The notes beneath the pieces were generated by a model. That model was given only the letters and a program-made list of their open reading frames with translations. It did no database searches and was not told the DNA's origin. From Alphaproteobacteria bacterium (GTDB lineage Bacteria; Pseudomonadota; Alphaproteobacteria; UBA8366; GCA-2717185), in the NCBI GenBank assembly GCA_021774435.1, contig JAJFJB010000268.1, positions 6,798 through 70,797 of the forward strand: DNA of 64,000 nt, written 5' to 3'. Below, piece by piece: positions 8,361 through 16,972 of the stretch; position 1 is the first letter of the stretch, and each line of letters begins with the position of its first letter. A program made the translations under genes and the position numbers.

Positions 8361-9806
8361 ATGGCTGAAAAATCAACAAGCAAGACGCTCAAGCTCGGTG
8401 CAAAAATTAGGCGTTTGCGGCGCTCGTCACGGATGACACAAGCCCAACTCGCCGAAAAATTGGGTATTTCACCCAGGAACTTGAACCACATCTAACACAA
8501 CAACCGCAACGTAACGGTCGATTTGCTATTGCGCCTGGCGGAACAGTTCGGCCTCGATTTATCGGATTTGGCCGAAGACGAGGAAGGCCAACTCGTCGCG
8601 GACCTGATGGAGGTGTTTGGCGACGATATGTTCGAAGAAATGGATCTGACCACAACGGACGTCCGGGAATTGGTATCCGCCACGCCGGTCGCGTCCAAAG
8701 CCATCGTTGCGCTGTACGATACCTATCGCAAGAAGCAGATGGACGTCCTCACCCTCACCGAACAGGTGTCCGATGAGGCTGTTGCGTTGCTCGATTTTGA
8801 AAGCCAGCTTCCCGCCGAGCAGGTGTCCGATTTTATTCAGACCAACAGCAATCATTTTCCTGACATCGAAGCCGAAGCCGAGCGAATTCGCCTGGAAGCG
8901 GACATTGACAAGCGAGACCCCTTTAACGCCATGGTCGACTTTATGAAGACCGCATTTGGCGTTCGTGTCGCCGTCCTACCGCCAGCGCCCGGCGCCGAAA
9001 CTGCAAGACGATTCGATACGACGAGCCGGACGCTGGAAATCTCGGAAATGCTGGCGCGCCATAGCCGTATCTTTCAATTAGCCCATCAGATTGGCCTACT
9101 GGCCGCGACACCCGTCTTCGACATGCTTTTAAACGAAGGCGGCTTGAAAATCGGCGAAGCGCGGTCTCTTGGTAAAGTCGCCTTGGCAAACTATTTTGCC
9201 GCCGCGCTATCGATGCCCTATGCCTCGTTCCTCAAAAGCGCCAAGGCGCTGCGCTATGATGTTGAACTCTTGCAACATCACTTCGGTGTCAGCTTCGAGC
9301 AGGTTTGCCATCGCCTTACAACGCTGCAACGTCCCGGCGATAAGGGCATTCCGTTTCATATGCTGAGGGTCGACATCGCGGGCAATGTCTCAAAACGATT
9401 CTCGCTTTCAGGCCTCCGCATACCACGCTATGGCGGCGCCTGCCCGCGCTGGAACGTCTACGCCGCCTTCCTTTCACCAGGAGTCATCAATGCGCAAGTT
9501 TCCGTCATGCCCGACCGGGAAAAGTACTTTTGCATTGCGCGCACGATCCACACGCGGACGGGTGGCTATGGCGCGCCACAAAGCTTTTTGTCCATCGGTC
9601 TCGGCTGTGAGCTCTCTTTCGCGCGCGAACTGGTCTATGCCGACGGCATTGATCTGGACAATCCCGACCGGGGCGTGCCGGCCGGCGTTCAGTGCCGCAC
9701 CTGCGAGCGCATGGATTGCCGTCAAAGGGCCTTCCCCCCCGTCTATCACAAACTCAATATCGACGAAAACGTGCGCGGCCTTTCAGCGTATGTCTCAACG
9801 AACTGA
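8361..9806 (+). pseudogene. ScfR/RamB-type regulator (XRE HTH plus ImmA/IrrE-like metallopeptidase-like domain plus DUF2083-type C-terminus), interrupted by an in-frame TAA in the HTH
   Basis: ATG 8361 translates as [44 protein letters not shown], then TAA at 8493-8495. The same frame continues as HNNRNVTVDLLLRLAEQFGLDLSDLAED... through to 9806. The stop sits where this family has the Glu of the conserved NLIE.N motif, so GAA to TAA would be a single base change. The C-terminus has the Cys cluster CRTCERMDCRQRAFPP. Confidence 0.6.
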
Positions 9807-9970
9807 GGGATAACAGAGCCGCATGATTGCGCTCGATTTGACAAACAAGCGGACAAAGTTGAGCATTACGCCTTGATGCGGCGCGCCCCGCGACCGACAG
9901 CGCTTTCCAGCAGCTTCCGGGACGGGGCCGATACGCCGCCCTATGCGTGCGTTCCAAGAGAGGAAGGTCC

Positions 9971-11428
9971 ATGTACAAGCCCGTTTCGTATCCCGACCAT
10001 ATCGAGCCGTTAGTCCAGTTCGTCGAGGAAACATCGCCGGATCAAATTGTTTCCAAAACGTATGAGAAATTACGTTCCGGTACGTCCGTGAAAGAGATGC
10101 TCCTGGCGTCCGCAATGGCTGTTATCCGGTCGAGCGACCTGCCACCGGGCCATCATGGCGGCCCGTTGCATCCTGTCAGCGGCCTGCATGCCATTCAAAA
10201 CATCTCCAACCGCCTGACGGGCGAATTCGCCTTGATGCCGGTCGTGCAGAATGTCGCGTTGTCCAATAAACACATCCATTCCCCGCAAATGGGCCCCTAC
10301 ATTCTTGCCGAAGCCGAACCGGTGTCGGAAAATGGCAGTGTCGAAGATACGCTTGAAGCCATGCCATACTACCTGCAGCGTGGCGCTTATCATCAGCTAG
10401 ACAGCTATTACCTGTTCTTCCTGGAGAAGATGTCGCCCATGCAGATACTCGACCATCTGCTGCAAGTCGCGGTTCTGAAGAATGCGGCGGATGATCATCA
10501 CTTCCTCTACCCGGTCTTTACGTGGCGCGCGCTGGATTATTTCGGTTGGGACTACGCAAAATATCTGATTCGCCCGGCCGTTCGCTATGTGACCCGCCCA
10601 CCGGGGGCGAAACAGATTCCGGCCATTGACGATTTGATCGAGGAACACGGTCTCCTCGATCGTGTCTTGCGCTACAAGACCGACGAATCGGAGACGGCAG
10701 CAGTTACGGCGCTTGCCGATACAATCGCCCACAGCGAAGCCTTCGACGAAACACCGGCGATTATCGCGCAAGCGTTGACGGACGGGCTTTCCCTTGAAGG
10801 CACGGTCGAAGGTCTCTCGGTCGGCGGTTCGGCGCTTTTCTTGCGCTCGCAAACCGGCAACCCGATGGATGTACATATCAATACCGGCATCAATATTCGG
10901 CGCTATTTGCTCAGCCAACCGGAACTGTCCATGCAAACCAAGTTGCGGGCGTTGCTGACATGGAACACCGGCCCCGAGGTGAAATCAGCCCAATATAAAC
11001 TGGCACCGGTGCTGCAACCGGAACCCGAAAAGGTCGCTGCCTTACCGGACCGAAGCCAGGAACAGTTGATCGCCGACATGGAATCGCTTATCGCCAGCTT
11101 GCCAATCGGCGAACGTCTCCCGTCGATCCCGATTGCGACTTGGCGTGCCAGCGAAGAGGTAAAGCAATCCGCGGCAATGGCACAGCAATATGCCGACAAG
11201 GGGTATGATGCCGATACACTCATCAACATGCTGGCAAAAATCGCCTGCCGTGACAGCTTTACGGAAATGCACGCCTACAAGCACAATCAGGCGACTTATG
11301 AAGAGTTCCATGCGACACGCCCGGAACTGCGCTGGATCCATCTGGTTTCTGCGGTCCAGGCTGCTGCCATTTCGCACGGCCGCATGCAGGAAGTTTACGA
11401 AGACGCCACGGAGGTTATTCACTTCTAA
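9971..11428 (+). CDS. Hypothetical protein, 485 aa, apparently all-alpha and His-rich, with no family recognised
   Basis: Long ORF with normal codon usage. AGAGGAAGG lies upstream of the ATG at 9971 (MYKPVSYPDH...). Notable His clusters are PPGHHGGPLHPVSGLHA and DDHHFLYPVF. I cannot assign a domain by eye. Confidence 0.6.
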   Translation: MYKPVSYPDHIEPLVQFVEETSPDQIVSKTYEKLRSGTSVKEMLLASAMAVIRSSDLPPGHHGGPLHPVSGLHAIQNISNRLTGEFALMPVVQNVALSNKHIHSPQMGPYILAEAEPVSENGSVEDTLEAMPYYLQRGAYHQLDSYYLFFLEKMSPMQILDHLLQVAVLKNAADDHHFLYPVFTWRALDYFGWDYAKYLIRPAVRYVTRPPGAKQIPAIDDLIEEHGLLDRVLRYKTDESETAAVTALADTIAHSEAFDETPAIIAQALTDGLSLEGTVEGLSVGGSALFLRSQTGNPMDVHINTGINIRRYLLSQPELSMQTKLRALLTWNTGPEVKSAQYKLAPVLQPEPEKVAALPDRSQEQLIADMESLIASLPIGERLPSIPIATWRASEEVKQSAAMAQQYADKGYDADTLINMLAKIACRDSFTEMHAYKHNQATYEEFHATRPELRWIHLVSAVQAAAISHGRMQEVYEDATEVIHF

Positions 11429-11453
11429 GACCCTACCGTTTCAACGTCTCTGC

Positions 11454-12635
11454 ATGACATCTACCATCGCGGTAATGTGCGTAAGCACTGCCGCAACTGC
11501 GGACAGTCAGCGGCGCATTTCCGTCGCCACTGTCCCTCAGTTGCAAGCGGCGATACGCACGGCGCAAGCGGGCGACCTGATTCTCATAGCACCGGGCCGG
11601 TACCGAACAAAATTGCGGTTTACGGCGGAGGCCTCAGGTAACGAGGCCGCGCCTATCACCGTTACGGCAAGCGACGGACCAGGCACTGTCGTAATCGACG
11701 GCGCCGGTGCCGAAATCACGATCAAATTCAGCGGCGCCACGTATATCAAGCTTAAGGCGCTCGATGTTACGGGCGGCGGCAAACACGGCATCTTTTTCGA
11801 CAAAGGTGCCCATGACATCACAGTCGATGGAAACCGCATCTATGACAACCATGCGGACTATCCGATGAATAGTCATGCCGAGGTGAAAGGTTCAGGTGGA
11901 AAAAATGGCCGCACACGTAAGATCACCATTTCCAACAACGAGATCTTTCACAGCACCCACCCGCCGGGCGGCAATTTCCAAGGTATCGATTGTAATTTCT
12001 GTGAGAACTACCGGATCGTCGGTAATTACCTGCATGACATACGCGAACCCACCATAGAGCCGACATCACATTACGACCGGGGCAGTTGCATTCAGATGAA
12101 AAGCAACAGTCGGAACACGGTTATCGAACGAAACCAGATTTCCCGTTGCCATATCGGCATCGTCTTCGGCGGCGAAGGAATGGCGAGTCCCGAGCATTTT
12201 GGCGGTAGCGTCCGCAACAATCTAATTACCGATTCCAGTGAAATCGGCATCGCAATTGTCAACGCTGTCGGTGGCGAGGTATCCCATAACACGCTGGTGG
12301 GAGGCGCCGACTCGATCCGTATTGCGCCTGACATCCGATTTCCAGACGGCAAAAGCGATACCAATGTGACGAATAACATTCTCAACAATCCTGTTCGGCG
12401 CACACCAGGACAGACCAGTACGATGAGAGGTAATGTCATTGTCACTGGTGACAATGCGAACGACGTTTTTCGCGCCCCTTCAAAAGGCGATTTCCGACTG
12501 AGAGACTCTGCCTCTTCGCTGATCGACCTCGCCGCGAAGCAGGACCGGCCGGTGACCGACGACTTCGATGGGGAGTTGCGCCCTTACGGTAAAAATTCAG
12601 ATGTTGGCGCCTTCGAGTATCGCCCAAACAAATAA
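11454..12635 (+). CDS. Right-handed parallel beta-helix repeat protein (polysaccharide-lyase PL6/chondroitinase-B-like architecture)
   Basis: The N-terminal VATVPQLQAAIRTAQAGDLILIAPGRYR...APITVTA resembles the PL6/beta-helix entry motif. Repeated NN.I/GN.I turns follow (DGNRIYDN, SNNEIFH, VGNYLHD, ERNQISR, VRNNLIT, SHNTLVG, TNNILNN). The C-terminal GDFRLR...DFDGELRPYG..DVGAFEY is typical of this fold. The start is set at ATG 11454, 25 nt after the previous gene. Confidence 0.7.
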   Translation: MTSTIAVMCVSTAATADSQRRISVATVPQLQAAIRTAQAGDLILIAPGRYRTKLRFTAEASGNEAAPITVTASDGPGTVVIDGAGAEITIKFSGATYIKLKALDVTGGGKHGIFFDKGAHDITVDGNRIYDNHADYPMNSHAEVKGSGGKNGRTRKITISNNEIFHSTHPPGGNFQGIDCNFCENYRIVGNYLHDIREPTIEPTSHYDRGSCIQMKSNSRNTVIERNQISRCHIGIVFGGEGMASPEHFGGSVRNNLITDSSEIGIAIVNAVGGEVSHNTLVGGADSIRIAPDIRFPDGKSDTNVTNNILNNPVRRTPGQTSTMRGNVIVTGDNANDVFRAPSKGDFRLRDSASSLIDLAAKQDRPVTDDFDGELRPYGKNSDVGAFEYRPNK

Positions 12636-12645
12636 TCGTCCGCGT

Positions 12646-13680
12646 TTACGAGCCCGTAAGTAACTCATCATAGGCAAACAACGCGGGGGTCCCACCTGTA
12701 TGCAGGAAAACAGCCGTCTCGTGAGAGTCGATCGAGCCTTCTCGAACCGCACCTATTAGGCCCGCCATTGCCTTGGCGGTGTAGACCGGGTCCAAAATCA
12801 GACCTTCGCATTCTGCAGCGAGCGTCATTGCCTCCCGGGCTTCCGGCGTCAACTGACCATACCCACTGCCGAGATAGGAATCTGTGACCAGCACATCCTC
12901 CTCAGTAATCGTGACAGGCAAGCCTGCCAATTCGGCCGTCGCATTCGATCGTGCCAGAACACGCGCCGCTTGCGCCGCCTGATCGCGCCGGACACAGACG
13001 CCAAGCACTCTTGCCTTATTACCCAGCGCCCGGAGTCCAACGAGCATGCCGGCATGTGTCGATGCACTGCCCGAAGACAGGACAACAATGTCGATATTGA
13101 TATCCATCGCAGTGGCCTGGTTCAGCAATTCGTCAGCCGCCTCGACATAGCCAAGCGCCCCAACTGGTGGATGGTCCGCACCCAGCGGAATGACAAATGG
13201 CTTCCCTCCGTCCGCCGCCACGGCAGCGGCGATGCGCGCAAGATTTTCGTCCGCACCTTTTTCGTCCTCGCCGTCGGAAAATTCATGAATGCGGGCGCCA
13301 AGCAAACGGTCGAGCAGCACATTGCCAGAGTTCAAATAAGAGTTCCCCTTACCTGCAACACGGTGCTCCAGTTGGATCTCACATGCCATACCCAGCTTAC
13401 GGGCATACGCACAGGTCATGCGGGCGTGGTTCGATTGAAATGCACCAGTCGTGATTGCGGTATCGGCGCCAGCCGCAACGGCTTGGCCAAAGTAAAACTC
13501 CGCCTGGCGCGCCTTGTTGCCCCCTAACGCAACACCGGTGCAATCGTCGCGTTTCACGATAAGGCTTGGCCCGCCGAGTCGCTGCGAAAGATTTTCCATG
13601 GACTCAAGCGGAGTCGGCAGGTGAGCGAGCCTGACGCGCGGAATTTTGGATAAGGCCTCCTCAACAACAGTATTCGCCAT
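12646..13680 (-). CDS. PLP-dependent D-cysteine desulfhydrase / ACC deaminase family protein
   Basis: The N-terminal LAHLPTPLE...LIVKRDDCTGVALGGNKARQAEF includes the PLP lysine motif GGNK.R of this family. The start is set at MANTVVEE (13680). Confidence 0.8.
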   Translation of the reverse strand: MANTVVEEALSKIPRVRLAHLPTPLESMENLSQRLGGPSLIVKRDDCTGVALGGNKARQAEFYFGQAVAAGADTAITTGAFQSNHARMTCAYARKLGMACEIQLEHRVAGKGNSYLNSGNVLLDRLLGARIHEFSDGEDEKGADENLARIAAAVAADGGKPFVIPLGADHPPVGALGYVEAADELLNQATAMDINIDIVVLSSGSASTHAGMLVGLRALGNKARVLGVCVRRDQAAQAARVLARSNATAELAGLPVTITEEDVLVTDSYLGSGYGQLTPEAREAMTLAAECEGLILDPVYTAKAMAGLIGAVREGSIDSHETAVFLHTGGTPALFAYDELLTGS

Positions 13681-13700
13681 GGCCCCGCTCCACACCGGTT

Positions 13701-15293
13701 CTATTGAAGTGTTTGTTCCCGCGTTTTCAAGAACCGTATATCGGGCCAATCTTCTTCCGCTCGCCCCAACGCCCAAGCATTGCGTGCCAGAAAAACGAGC
13801 GCCCCATCATGGTCATCGGCAACGCTGGCACGGTTCGCGTCCGCATATTCTTTCAGTTTGCGAGGATCATCGGCGGCAACCCAGCGTGCGGTGTAGAGGC
13901 CCGCAGCTTCGAAGCGGACCGGCACGTTATATTCGGTGCGAATTCTGTCGGCCAAAACGTCGAACTGCAGCGACCCGACCACACCGACAATCCAGTCTGA
14001 ACCGAGCCGCGTTTTGAAGGCTTGCCCGACACCCTCTTCCGCTAACTGCCGAAGCGCCCGCTCCAAATGCTTCGCCCGCATCGGATCTTCCGGTCGAACA
14101 CGTTGGAGTAGCTCCGGCGCAAAACTCGGTATACCTGTAAATTGTAACGATTCCCCTTCCGTCAGAGCATCGCCGATCCGAAGATTGCCATGGTTCGGGA
14201 CACCGATAATGTCCCCCGCCCAGGCTTCTTCCGCCAATTCGCGATCACGGGCCAGGAAAAGCACCGGGTTATGCATGTTCACGGTTTTTCCACTTCGGAC
14301 ATGCAATAGTTTCATGCCGCGCTTAAAGTGTCCGGAACAAAGCCGCACGAACGCGATACGGTCGCGGTGATTGGGATCCATGTTCGCCTGAATCTTAAAG
14401 ACGAATCCACTGACTTTCTTTTCTTCCGGCTCGACGTCGCGCTCAGTCGCAGGACGCTTGCACGGCGGCGGCGCCAGTTCGGCCAAGCCATCGAGTAACT
14501 CCCGAACGCCAAAATTGTTGATGGCACTACCGAAATACACGGGCGTCATATTGCCTTCGCGATAGGCCTCCAAATCAAAGTCCGCGCAGAGGCCGCGCGC
14601 CATATCGACTTCATCGCGCAACGTCTGTACAGCGTCCTCCGGCAGTTTTTCTTCAAGCTTAGGGTCGTCCAGCCCGTTGCATGCTTCGCCCTCGTCGGGA
14701 ATATCCGACGCCTTCCGGTCAAGCAATAGGAGCCGGTCGCGGCGCAGATCATAACAGCCGTGAAAGCTGCGTCCCATGCCGATCGGCCAGCTCGCCGGGC
14801 TGACATCGAGTTGAAGATCCTGCTCGATTTGATCAAGGAGTTCGAAGCAATCACGCGATTCGCGGTCGAGCTTATTGATGAAAGTAATAATCGGCACGTC
14901 GCGCATTCGACAAACTTCGAACAGTTTGCGCGTCTGGTCCTCGATACCCTTTGCCGCATCAATCACCATGACCGCAGAATCGACCGCAGTCAGCGTACGA
15001 TAGGTATCCTCGCTGAAATCCTCGTGGCCCGGCGTATCGAGCAGGTTGAAGGTCAAGTTACGATACTCGTAGGTCATGACCGATGAGGCGACGGAGATAC
15101 CGCGTTCGCGTTCGACCTTCATCCAGTCGGAATGCGCGCGCCGGCGTTCGCCACGCGCCTTCACCGCCCCGGCAAGCTGAATCGCACCGCCGAACAGCAG
15201 CAGCTTTTCCGTTAAGGTCGTTTTACCGGCGTCGGGGTGCGAGATTATCGCGAATGTCCGCCGCCGCTCGGCGAATTCGTTTGGCGTCGCCAT
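13701..15293 (-). CDS. prfC: Peptide chain release factor 3 (GTPase)
   Basis: RRTFAIISHPDAGKTTLTEKLLLFGGAIQLAGAVKARG, DTPGHEDFSEDTYR and NKLDR are the GTPase G1-G4 motifs in the RF3 context. 530 aa. Confidence 0.92.
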   Translation of the reverse strand: MATPNEFAERRRTFAIISHPDAGKTTLTEKLLLFGGAIQLAGAVKARGERRRAHSDWMKVERERGISVASSVMTYEYRNLTFNLLDTPGHEDFSEDTYRTLTAVDSAVMVIDAAKGIEDQTRKLFEVCRMRDVPIITFINKLDRESRDCFELLDQIEQDLQLDVSPASWPIGMGRSFHGCYDLRRDRLLLLDRKASDIPDEGEACNGLDDPKLEEKLPEDAVQTLRDEVDMARGLCADFDLEAYREGNMTPVYFGSAINNFGVRELLDGLAELAPPPCKRPATERDVEPEEKKVSGFVFKIQANMDPNHRDRIAFVRLCSGHFKRGMKLLHVRSGKTVNMHNPVLFLARDRELAEEAWAGDIIGVPNHGNLRIGDALTEGESLQFTGIPSFAPELLQRVRPEDPMRAKHLERALRQLAEEGVGQAFKTRLGSDWIVGVVGSLQFDVLADRIRTEYNVPVRFEAAGLYTARWVAADDPRKLKEYADANRASVADDHDGALVFLARNAWALGRAEEDWPDIRFLKTREQTLQ

Positions 15294-15390
15294 ATATTTC
15301 TAACTGAATTTGTGGGACCGGTGCACGTTGCACCGTCTTAATATAGGATTGGATGGCAGATGCTCAAGCTTTCCTGAAACGGGGTGAGCC

Positions 15391-16014
15391 ATGACGAAAT
15401 CGATTACGATTTATTCCGACTATAAGAGCCCGTACGCCTATCTCGCCGTTGCATCCGCGGACGCCTTGGCCCAAAAATATGGAGTCAATATTCTATGGCG
15501 TCCTTATGTGCTTGATATACCGTCCTATTTGGGTGACGCGCAAATCGCCGATACCGGAGAAATCATTACGGAACAGCGCAACCCCCATCAATGGCGGCGT
15601 GTCCGCTATAGTTATATGGACGTTCGCCGATACGCTCGCCGCCAAGGCCTGACCATACGCGGGCCACGAAAAATCTTTGACTCGTCGATCGCCGCTGTCG
15701 GTATGCTGTTCGCCCAATTCGAGGACGTTTTTCGTCCCTATCATGATTTGGTGTTTGAACGCTTTTTCAAACGCGAGCTCGATATTGAGGACCCCGCTGT
15801 CATCGCCGCCGTCCTGGACGAAGCTGGCGCCGATGTCACCGGGTTTAACGAATACCTTAAAGAAGGCGGCCCCGCTGAAGTCTCGCGAATTCAAACCGAA
15901 GCCGAGGAACTCGGCATCTTCGGCGTACCCACTTTTGTCATCGATGAGGAAATATTTTGGGGCCGTGAGCACTTGCCGTTGATCAAGGAAATGCTTGGTC
16001 GCGTGGATACCTAA
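15391..16014 (+). CDS. 2-hydroxychromene-2-carboxylate isomerase family protein (DsbA-like thioredoxin fold)
   Basis: ITIYSDYKSPYAYLA at the N-terminus and FGVPTFVIDEEIFWGREHLPLI at the C-terminus are characteristic of the HCCA-isomerase/DsbA-like family. Confidence 0.75.
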   Translation: MTKSITIYSDYKSPYAYLAVASADALAQKYGVNILWRPYVLDIPSYLGDAQIADTGEIITEQRNPHQWRRVRYSYMDVRRYARRQGLTIRGPRKIFDSSIAAVGMLFAQFEDVFRPYHDLVFERFFKRELDIEDPAVIAAVLDEAGADVTGFNEYLKEGGPAEVSRIQTEAEELGIFGVPTFVIDEEIFWGREHLPLIKEMLGRVDT

Positions 16015-16076
16015 ACCACATAATGGGAATGCGGGCTCAGCCTCTCAAATATCAAACTAAAATAGCTGTCTGAGAA

Positions 16077-16862
16077 ATGTCTCGAGCTTGGGTCCAGCCG
16101 ACTCTATTTATCGAGCTCCTGATCACCCTCATATTCAATGCCGCTTTGCCATTACAAGCTGCGGAAGGTCCAGACACCCCCTGTTCTCGGTTAGGTCAAA
16201 CGGTTTCTCCCGTCTATGGCATGTTAGGAGGTCCACCTAATGTGAAAACTTGGCGGAATACCATAGTTGAGAAATCTGAAACCTGCTGGGAAGCAATGCA
16301 GGGACCAATGGATTTTGTCATCGCTATTTCGGGCCGCTTCAAACACGGAAAATCGCTTGAAGATATTGCGGCTCGTTTCGGAGCGATTTCTGCTACCAAG
16401 GGACTCCTCTATTGGTCAACCACAGATACCGCGTGGCGAACTTTGATCTCGGATGCATTTGCGCTTCGGAATTCGGAGACGATCGAATCGCGGCGCGATT
16501 TTGACGCTAAAGAGGTCTTGAGCGGAACGCCACTCTATTTCATGCAAGATGATACGAGGTCTACCGGCCTGAACAAATACAGCCTTTCCGCAAGCGCGCC
16601 AACGCGGGGCCGCCTTGTAATCAGGATCGAAAACGTCACTGAAACTCGTTTCTTGTTTTTAACCCTATTCGAACCAAAGACGTTGCTTTCGGTCCATTTC
16701 ATCGACCGTTTGGGGCCAAACAGTTGGGGCTATTACGGCCTTTCCGCAGTACGAAAAGGGTTTATTGACGGAAACGCAAAATCTTTCATTAACCGTGGTG
16801 CTGCTTTTTATCGCTATCTTGCCGGCGCGGCAGGCGACAGCGAACCGCCACTCGCACCGTAG
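16077..16862 (+). CDS. Hypothetical secreted protein
   Basis: 261 aa. The N-terminal hydrophobic segment ending ALPLQAAEG looks like a signal peptide. The local DNA is visibly more A/T-rich than the flanks. No family recognised. Confidence 0.5.
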   Translation: MSRAWVQPTLFIELLITLIFNAALPLQAAEGPDTPCSRLGQTVSPVYGMLGGPPNVKTWRNTIVEKSETCWEAMQGPMDFVIAISGRFKHGKSLEDIAARFGAISATKGLLYWSTTDTAWRTLISDAFALRNSETIESRRDFDAKEVLSGTPLYFMQDDTRSTGLNKYSLSASAPTRGRLVIRIENVTETRFLFLTLFEPKTLLSVHFIDRLGPNSWGYYGLSAVRKGFIDGNAKSFINRGAAFYRYLAGAAGDSEPPLAP

Positions 16863-16972
16863 CGTCTGCCTCTACCTCCCCTTGATTACGAAGCCGCAAA
16901 ACAGCGTAATTGCATGAATAGAGGCCAATGACCTAATCTCTGGTATCGGACAACCAATCGCTTAGGATCGTC

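Noticed and set aside
8137-8379. 81-codon N-terminal extension of the isocitrate lyase ORF in the track ([23 protein letters not shown]...)
   Set aside because: It runs through the A/T-rich intergenic promoter region and gives a low-complexity Cys/Tyr/Ile-rich peptide. The ICL homology begins at MTMYDQI (8136).
8493-8495. Recoding (selenocysteine, pyrrolysine or programmed read-through) as the explanation for the in-frame stop in the regulator
   Set aside because: The codon is TAA, not TGA or TAG. No SECIS-like hairpin follows it. The family has a plain Glu at this position, so nonsense mutation or sequence error is the simpler explanation.
13701-15293. Possible programmed frameshift in the release-factor gene
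   Set aside because: The +1 frameshift is a property of prfB (RF2). This gene is prfC (RF3, a GTPase) and reads as one uninterrupted frame.
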